Source of the DNA: Antedon mediterranea
Taxonomy: Eukaryota; Animalia; Echinodermata
Direction: 5' to 3'
NCBI RefSeq assembly: GCF_964355755.1
Contig: NC_092677.1
Span: 21,377,175-21,441,174, forward strand
DNA length: 64,000 nucleotides
Positions 56,401 to 64,000 of the stretch are shown piece after piece; the first letter of the stretch is position 1, and every line of letters starts with the position of its first letter. The notes under the pieces are model-generated. The model was not told the origin of the DNA. It worked only from the letters and a program-made list of their open reading frames with translations, and ran no database searches. The translations under genes were made by a program, and so were the position numbers.

Positions 56401-56899
56401 GACCATTTTGTGCATTTCGATGAAACTTGGTTACACAAAAACATCAAAGTGCTTAAAATCACATTTTGAGCATTTCGTTAAAACTTTTCACACAAAAACA
56501 TCAAAGTCCACAAAATAGCTTAATATCGTATTTAAAAACGTTTTAGACCATTTTGAGCATTTCGAAAAAACTTTTTCACACAAAACATCAAAGTTTACAA
56601 AATAGCTTCAAATCGCATTTGGAGACGTTATAGACCATTTTGTGATTTTCGAAAAAACTTGTTAACATAAAAACACCAAAGTGCTCAGAATACCTTCAAA
56701 TCGCATTTTGAGACGTTTTAGACCATTTTGTGATTTTCGAAAAAACTTGTTAACATAAAAACACCAAAGTGCTCAGAATACCTTCAAATCGTGTTTTGAG
56801 ACGTTTTAGACCATTTTGTGATTTTGGAAAAACTTGTTAACATAAAAACACCAAAGTGCTCAGAATACCTTCAAATCGCATTTGGAGACGTTTTAGAGC

Positions 56900-59870
56900 A
56901 TTTTGTGATTTTCGAAAAAACTTGTTAACATAAAAACACCAAAGTGCTTAGAAAAGCTTGAAATCGCATTTGGAGACGTTTTAGACCATTTTGTGCATTT
57001 CGATGAAACTTGGTTACACAAAAACATCAAAGTGCTTAAAATCACATTTTGAGCATTTCGTTAAAACTTTTCACACAAAAACATCAAAGAGTAAAAAATA
57101 GCTTAATATCGTATTTAAAAACGTTTTAGACCATTTTGAGCATTTCGACAAAATTTTTTCACACAAAACATCAAAGTGTACAGAATAGCTTTAAATCGCA
57201 TTTGGAGACGTTTTAGACCATTTTGTTCATTTCGATGAAACAAAAACACAAAAACATCAAATTGCACAAAATGGCTTAATATGATATGGGAAAACGTTTT
57301 AGACCATTTTGAACATTTCGTTAAAAGTTTTCACACAAAAACATCAAAGTCCACAAAATAGCTTAATATCGTATTTAAAAACGTTTTAGACCAATTTGAG
57401 CATTTCGAAAAAACTTTTTCACACAAAACATCAAAGTTTACAAAATAGCTTCAAATCGCATTTGGAGACGTTATAGACCATTTTGTGATTTTCGAAAAAA
57501 CTTGTTAACATAAAAACACCAAAGTTCTCAGAATACCTTCAAATCGCATTTTGAGACGTTTTAGACCATTTTATGATTTTCGAAAAAACTTGTTAACATA
57601 AAAACACCAAAGTGCTCAGAATACCTTCAAATCGTGTTTTGAGACGTTTTAGACCATTTTGTGATTTTCGAAAAAACTTAACATAAAAACACCAAAGTGC
57701 TCAGAATACCTTCAAATCGCATTTGGAGACGTTTTAGACCATTTTGTGATTTTCGAAAAAACTTGTTAACATAAAAACACCAAAGTGCTCAGAATACCTT
57801 CAAATCGTATTTTGAGACGTTTTAGACAATTTTGTGATTTTCGAAAAAACTTGTTAACATAAAAACACCAAAGTGCTTAGAAAAGCTTGAAATCGCATTT
57901 GGAGACGTTTTAGACCATTTTGTGCATTTCGATGAAACTTGGTTACACAAAAACATCAAAGTGCTTAAAATCACATTTTGAGCATTTCGTTAAAACTTTT
58001 CACACAAAAACATCAAAGAGTAAAAAATAGCTTAATATCGTATTTAAAAACGTTTTAGACCATTTTGAGCATTTCGACAAAATTTTTTCACACAAAACAT
58101 CAAAGTGTACAGAATAGCTTTAAATCGCATTTGGAGACGTTTTAGACCATTTTGTTCATTTCGATGAAACAAAAACACAAAAACATCAAATTGCACAAAA
58201 TGGCTTAATATGATATGGGAAAACGTTTTAGACCATTTTGAACATTTCGTTAAAAGTTTTCACACAAAAACATCAAAGTCCACAAAATAGCTTAATATCG
58301 TATTTAAAAACGTTTTAGACCAATTTGAGCAATTCGAAAAAACTTTTTCACACAAAACATCAAAGTTTACAAAATAGCTTCAAATCGCATTTGGAGACGT
58401 TATAGACCATTTTGTGATTTTCGAAAAAACTTGTTAACATAAAAACACCAAAGTGCTCAGAATACCTTCAAATCGCATTTTGAGACGTTTTAGACCATTT
58501 TATGATTTTCGAAAAAACTTGTTAACATAAAAACACCAAAGTGCTCAGAATACCTTCAAATCGTGTTTTGAGACGTTTTAGACCATTTTGTGATTTTCGA
58601 AAAAACTTAACATAAAAACACCAAAGTGCTCAGAATACCTTCAAATCGCATTTGGAGACGTTATAGACCATTTTGTGATTTTCGAAAAAACTTGTTAACA
58701 TAAAAACACCAAAGTGCTCAGAATACCTTCAAATCGTATTTTGAGACGTTTTAGACAATTTTGTGATTTTCGAAAAAACTTGTTAACATAAAAACACCAA
58801 AGTGCTTAGAAAAGCTTGAAATCGCATTTGGAGACGTTTTAGACCATTTTGTGCATTTCGATGAAACTTGGTTACACAAAAACATCAAAGTGCTTAAAAT
58901 CACATTTTGAGCATTTCGTTAAAACTTTTCACACAAAAACATCAAAGAGTAAAAAATAGCTTAATATCGTATTTAAAAACGTTTTAGACCATTTTGAGCA
59001 TTTCGACAAAATTTTTTCACACAAAACATCAAAGTGTACAGAATAGCTTTAAATCGCATTTGGAGACGTTTTAGACCATTTTGTTCATTTCGATGAAACA
59101 AAAACACAAAAACATCAAATTGCACAAAATGGCTTAATATGATATGGGAAAACGTTTTAGACCATTTTGAACATTTCGTTAAAAGTTTTCACACAAAAAC
59201 ATCAAAGTCCACAAAATAGCTTAATATCGTATTTAAAAACGTTTTAGACCATTTTGAGCATTTCGAAAAAACTTTTTCACACAAAACATCAAAGTTTACA
59301 AAATAGCTTCAAATCGCATTTGGAGACGTTATAGACCATTTTGTGATTTTCGAAAAAACTTGTTAACATAAAAACACCAAAGTGCTCAGAATACCTTCAC
59401 ATCGCATTTTGAGACGTTTTAGACCATTTTGTGATTTTCGAAAAAACTTGTTAACATAAAAACACCAAAGTGCTTAGAAAAGCTTGGAATCGCATTTGGA
59501 GACGTTTTAGACCATTTTGAGCATTTCGATGAAACTTGGTTACACAAAAACATCAAAGTGCTTAAAATCACATTTTGAGCATTTCGTTAAAACTTTTCAC
59601 ACAAAAACATCAAAGAGTAAAAAATAGCTTAATATCGTATTTAAAAACGTTTTAGACCATTTTGAGCATTTCGACAAAATTTTTTCACACAAAACATCAA
59701 AGTGTACAGAATAGCTTTAAATCGCATTTGGAGACGTTTTAGACCATTTTGTTCATTTCGATGAAACAAAAACACAAAAACATCAAATTGCACAAAATGG
59801 CTTAATATGATATGGGAAAACGTTTTAGACCATTTTGAACATTTCGTTAAAAGTTTTCACACAAAAACAT
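56900..59870 (+). repeat. Local 929-bp HOR in tandem, followed by a 668-bp shortened unit
   Basis: Marker gatgaaacaaaaacac (c at 57241, 58170, 59099, 59767) gives spacings 929, 929 and 668; 929 - 668 = 261 = three A monomers (88+88+85). Confidence 0.85.
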
Positions 59871-62800
59871 CAAAGAGCAAAAAATAGCTTAATATCGTAT
59901 TTAAAAACGTTTTAGACCATTTTGAGCATTTCGACAAAACTTTTTCACACAAAACATCAAAGTGTACAGATAAGCTTCAAATCGCATTTGGAGACGTTTT
60001 AAACCATTTTGAGCATTTCGATAAAATTTTACACACAAAAACATCAAAGTGCACAAAATAGCTTAATATGGTATTTAAAAACGTTTTAGACCATTTTGAG
60101 CATTTCAACAAAACTTTTTCTCACAAAACATCAAAGTGTACAGAATAGCTTCAAATCGCATTTGGAGACGTTTTAGACCATTTTGTGCATTTCGATGAAA
60201 CTTGGTTACACAAAAACATCAAAGTGCTTAAAATCACATTTTGAGCATTTCGTTAAAACTTTTCACACAAAAACATCAAAGTCCACAAAATAGCTTAATA
60301 TCTTATTTAAAAACGTTTTAGACCATTTTGAGCATTTCGAAAAAACTTTTTCACACAAAACATCAAAGTTTACAAAATAGCTTCAAATCGCATTTGGAGA
60401 CGTTTTAGACCATTTTGTGATTTTCGAAAAAACTTGTTAACATAAAAACACCAAAGTGCTCAGAATACCTTCAAATCGCATTTGGAGACGTTTTAGACCA
60501 TTTTGTGATTTTCGAAAAAACTTGTTAACATAAAAACACCAAAGTGCTTAGAAAAGCTTCAAATCGCATTTGGAGATGTTTTAGACCATTTTGTGCATTT
60601 CGATGAAACTTGGTTACACAAAAACATCAAAGTGCTTAAAATCACATTTTGAGCATTTCGTTAAAACTTTTCACACAAAAACATCAAAGAGTAATAAATA
60701 GCTCAATATCGTATTTAAAAACGTTTTAGACCATTTTGAGCATTTCGACAAAATTTTTTCAAACAAAACATTAAAGTGTACAGAATAGCTTTAAATCGCA
60801 TTTGGAGACGTTTTAGACCATTTTGTTCATTTCGATGAAACAAAAACACAAAAACATCAAATTGCACAAAATGGCTTAATATGATATGGGAAAACGTTTT
60901 AGACCATTTTGAACATTTCGTTAAAAGTTTTCACACAAAAATATCAAAGTCCACAAAATAGCTTAATATCGTATTTAAAAACGTTTTAGACCATTTTGAG
61001 CATTTCGAAAAAACTTTTTCACACAAAACATCAAAGTTTACAAAATAGCTTCAAATCGCATTTGGAGACGTTTTAGACCATTTTGTGATTTTCGAAAAAA
61101 CTTGTTAACATAAAAACACCAAAGTGCTCAGAATACCTTCAAATCGCATTTTGAGACGTTTTAGACCATTTTGTGATTTTCGAAAAAACTTGTTAACATA
61201 AAAACACAAAAGTGCTCAGAATACCTTCAAATCGCATTTGGAGACGTTTTAGACCATTTTGTGATTTTCGTAAAAACTTGTTAACATAAAAACACCAAAG
61301 TGCTTAGAAAAGTTTCAAATCGCATTTGGAGACGTTTTAGACCATTTTGTTCATTTCGATGAAACTTGGTTACACAAAAACATCAAATTGCACAAAATGG
61401 CTTAATATGGTATGGGAAAACGTTTTAGACCATTTTGAACATTTCGAGAAAACTTTTTCACACAAAACTTCAAAGTGTACAGAATAGCTTCAAATCGCAT
61501 TAGAAACCGTTTTAGACCATTTTGAGCATTTCGAAAAAACTTTTTCACACAAAACATCAAAGTTTACAAAATAGCTTCAAATCACATTTGGAGACGTTTT
61601 AGACCATTTTGTGATTTTCAAAAAAACTTGTTAACATAAAAACACCAAAGTGCTCAGGATACCTTCAAATCGCATTTTGAGACGTTTTAGACCATTTTGT
61701 GATTTTCGGAAAAACTTGTTAACATAAAAACACCAAAGTGCTCAGAATACCTTCAAATCGTATTTTGAGACGTTTTAGACAATTTTGTGATTTTCGAAAA
61801 AACTTGTTAACATAAAAACACCAAAGTGCTTAGAAAAGCTTAAAAAACGCATTTGGAGACGTTTTAGACCATTTTGTGCATTTCGATGAAACTTGGTTAC
61901 ACAAAAACATCAAAGTGTACAGAATAGCTTCAAATCGCATTAGAAACCGTTTTAGACCATTTTGAGCATTTCGAAAAAACTTTTTCACACAAAACATCAA
62001 AGTGTACAAAATAGCTTCAAATCGCATTTGGAGACGTTTTAGACAATTTTGTGATTTTCGAAAAAACTTGTTTACATAAAAACACCAAAGTGCTCAGAAT
62101 AGCTTCCAATCGCATTTTGAGACGTTTTAGACCCTTTTGTGCATTTCGATGAAACTTGGTTACACAAAAACATCAAAGTGCTTAAAATCACAGTAGAAAC
62201 CGTTTTAGACCATTTTGAGCATTTCGTTAAAATTTTTCACAGAAAAACATCAAAGAGCAAAAAATAGCTTAATATCGTATTTAAAAACGTTTTAGACCAT
62301 TTTGAGCATTTCGACAAAACTTTTTCACACAAAACATCAAAGTGTACAGATAAGCTTCAAATCGCATTTGGAGACGTTTTAAACCATTTTGAGCATTTCG
62401 ATAAAATTTTACACACAAAAACATCAAAGTGCACAAAATAGCTTAATATGGTATTTAAAAACGTTTTAGACCATTTTGAGCATTTCAACAAAACTTTTTC
62501 TCACAAAACATCAAGGTGTACAGAATAGCTTCAAATCGCATTTGGAGACGTTTTAGACCATTTTGTGCATTTCGATGAAACTTGGTTATACAAAAACATC
62601 AAAGTGCTTAAATTCACATTTTGAGCATTTCGTTAAAACTTTTCACACAAAAACATCAAAGTCCACAAAATAGCTTAATATCGTATTTAAAAACGTTTTA
62701 GACCATTTTGAGAATTTCGAAAAAACTTTTTCACACAAAACATCAAAGTTTACAAAATAGCTTCAAATCGCATTTGGAGACGTTTTAGACCATTTTGTGA

Positions 62801-64000
62801 TTTTCGAAAAAACTTGTTAACATAAAAACACCAAAGTGCTTAGAAAAGCTTCAAATCGCATTTGGAGACGTTTTAGACCATTTTTTGCATTTCGATGAAA
62901 CTTGGTTACAAAAAAACATCAAAGTGCTTAAAATCACATTTTGAGCATTTCGTTAAAACTTTTCACACAAAAACATCAAAGTCCACAAAATAGCTTAATA
63001 TCGTATTTAAAAACGTTTTAGACCATTTTGAGCATTTCGAAAAAACTTTTCCACACAAAACATCAAAGTTTACAAAATAGCTTCAAATCGCATTTGGAGA
63101 CGTTTTAGACCATTTTGTGATTTTCGAAAAAACTTGTTAACATAAAAATACCAAAGTGCTCAGAATACCTTCAAATCGTGTTTTGAGACGTTTTAGACCA
63201 TTTTGTGATTTTCGAAAAAACTTAACATAAAAACACCAAAGTGCTCAGAATACCTTCAAATCGCATTTGGAGACGTTTTAGACCATTTTGTGATTTTGGA
63301 AAAAACTTGTTAACATAAAAACACCAAAGTGCTTAGAAAAGCTTCAAATCGCATTTGGAGACGTTTTAGACCCTTTTGTGCATTTCGATGAAACTTGGTT
63401 ACACAAAAACATCAAAGTGCTTAAAATCACAGTAGAAACCGTTTTAGACCATTTTGAGCATTTCGTTAAAATTTTTCACAGAAAAACATCAAAGAGCAAA
63501 AAATAGCTTAATATCGTATTTAAAAACGTTTTAGACCATTTTGAGCATTTCGACAAAACTTTTTCACACAAAACATCAAAGTGTACAGATAAGCTTCAAA
63601 TCGCATTTGGAGACGTTTTAAACCATTTTGAGCATTTCGATAAAATTTTACACACAAAAACATCAAAGTGCACAAAATAGCTTAATATGGTATTTAAAAA
63701 CGTTTTAGACCATTTTGAGCATTTCAACAAAACTTTTTCTCACAAAACATCAAAGTGTACAGAATAGCTTCAAATCGCATTTGGAGACGTTTTAGACCAT
63801 TTTGTGCATTTCGATGAAACTTGGTTACACAAAAACATCAAAGTGCTTAAAATCACATTTTGAGCATTTCGTTAAAACTTTTCACACAAAAACATCAAAG
63901 TCCACAAAATAGCTTAATATCGTATTTAAAAACGTTTTAGACCATTTTGAGCATTTCGAAAAAACTTTTCCACACAAAACATCAAAGTTTACAAAATAGC

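Larger units (their letters stand above)
1..64000 (+). repeat. Tandem satellite DNA array, 87-88-bp monomer family with higher-order repeat (HOR) organisation; probable centromeric/pericentromeric satellite
   Basis: The core GTTTTAGACCATTTTG recurs every 87-88 bp (e.g. 311 to 399 = 88 bp; 10940 to 11027 to 11114 = 87 bp each) across the whole window, always in the same orientation, with no unique sequence seen. Centromeric location is inference. Confidence 0.98.

Noticed and set aside
56890-56899. CRISPR array: the core GTTTTAGACC resembles the start of type II-A repeats (GTTTTAGAGC), and one copy here reads gttttagagc
   Set aside because: The intervening ~70-bp segments are homologous to each other and repeated hundreds of times rather than being unique spacers; no cas genes or leader are present; the match is only 9-10 bp.
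1-64000. Transposon/MITE termini, telomeric repeats, rDNA spacer or plasmid iterons
   Set aside because: No target-site duplications, element ends, telomere motifs, rRNA sequence or rep gene seen. A remote MITE origin of the palindromic monomer cannot be excluded but has no support in this window.

Overview
The whole 64-kb window is one uninterrupted, head-to-tail, AT-rich satellite DNA array (about 28-33% GC in the monomers I counted). It is built from an 87-88-bp monomer family with the conserved core ACGTTTTAGACCATTTTG and is most consistent with eukaryotic (peri)centromeric heterochromatin. I cannot name the species or satellite family. I found no credible genes, RNA genes, transposon insertions, inversions or CRISPR arrays, and the listed ORFs are by-products of the repeat. 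The interest lies in the architecture. (i) A few monomer classes (A 88 bp, B 78 bp or 58 bp when deleted, C 87 bp, D 87 bp) follow a fixed order, giving a 408-bp pentamer. (ii) Nested higher-order duplications (408, 929, 2060, 2744, 3108/3196, 5368, 8712, 13463, ~15.2-15.6 kb and 18318 bp offsets) can be partly ordered in time using private variants. (iii) The monomer is a degenerate palindrome with two dyad axes about 44 bp apart and phased T/A tracts. (iv) Several deletions are 10 or 20 bp. (v) A homogeneous left domain gives way to a more diverged right domain near 36 kb. All offsets were counted by hand from marker variants and should be confirmed with a dot plot or HOR decomposition.
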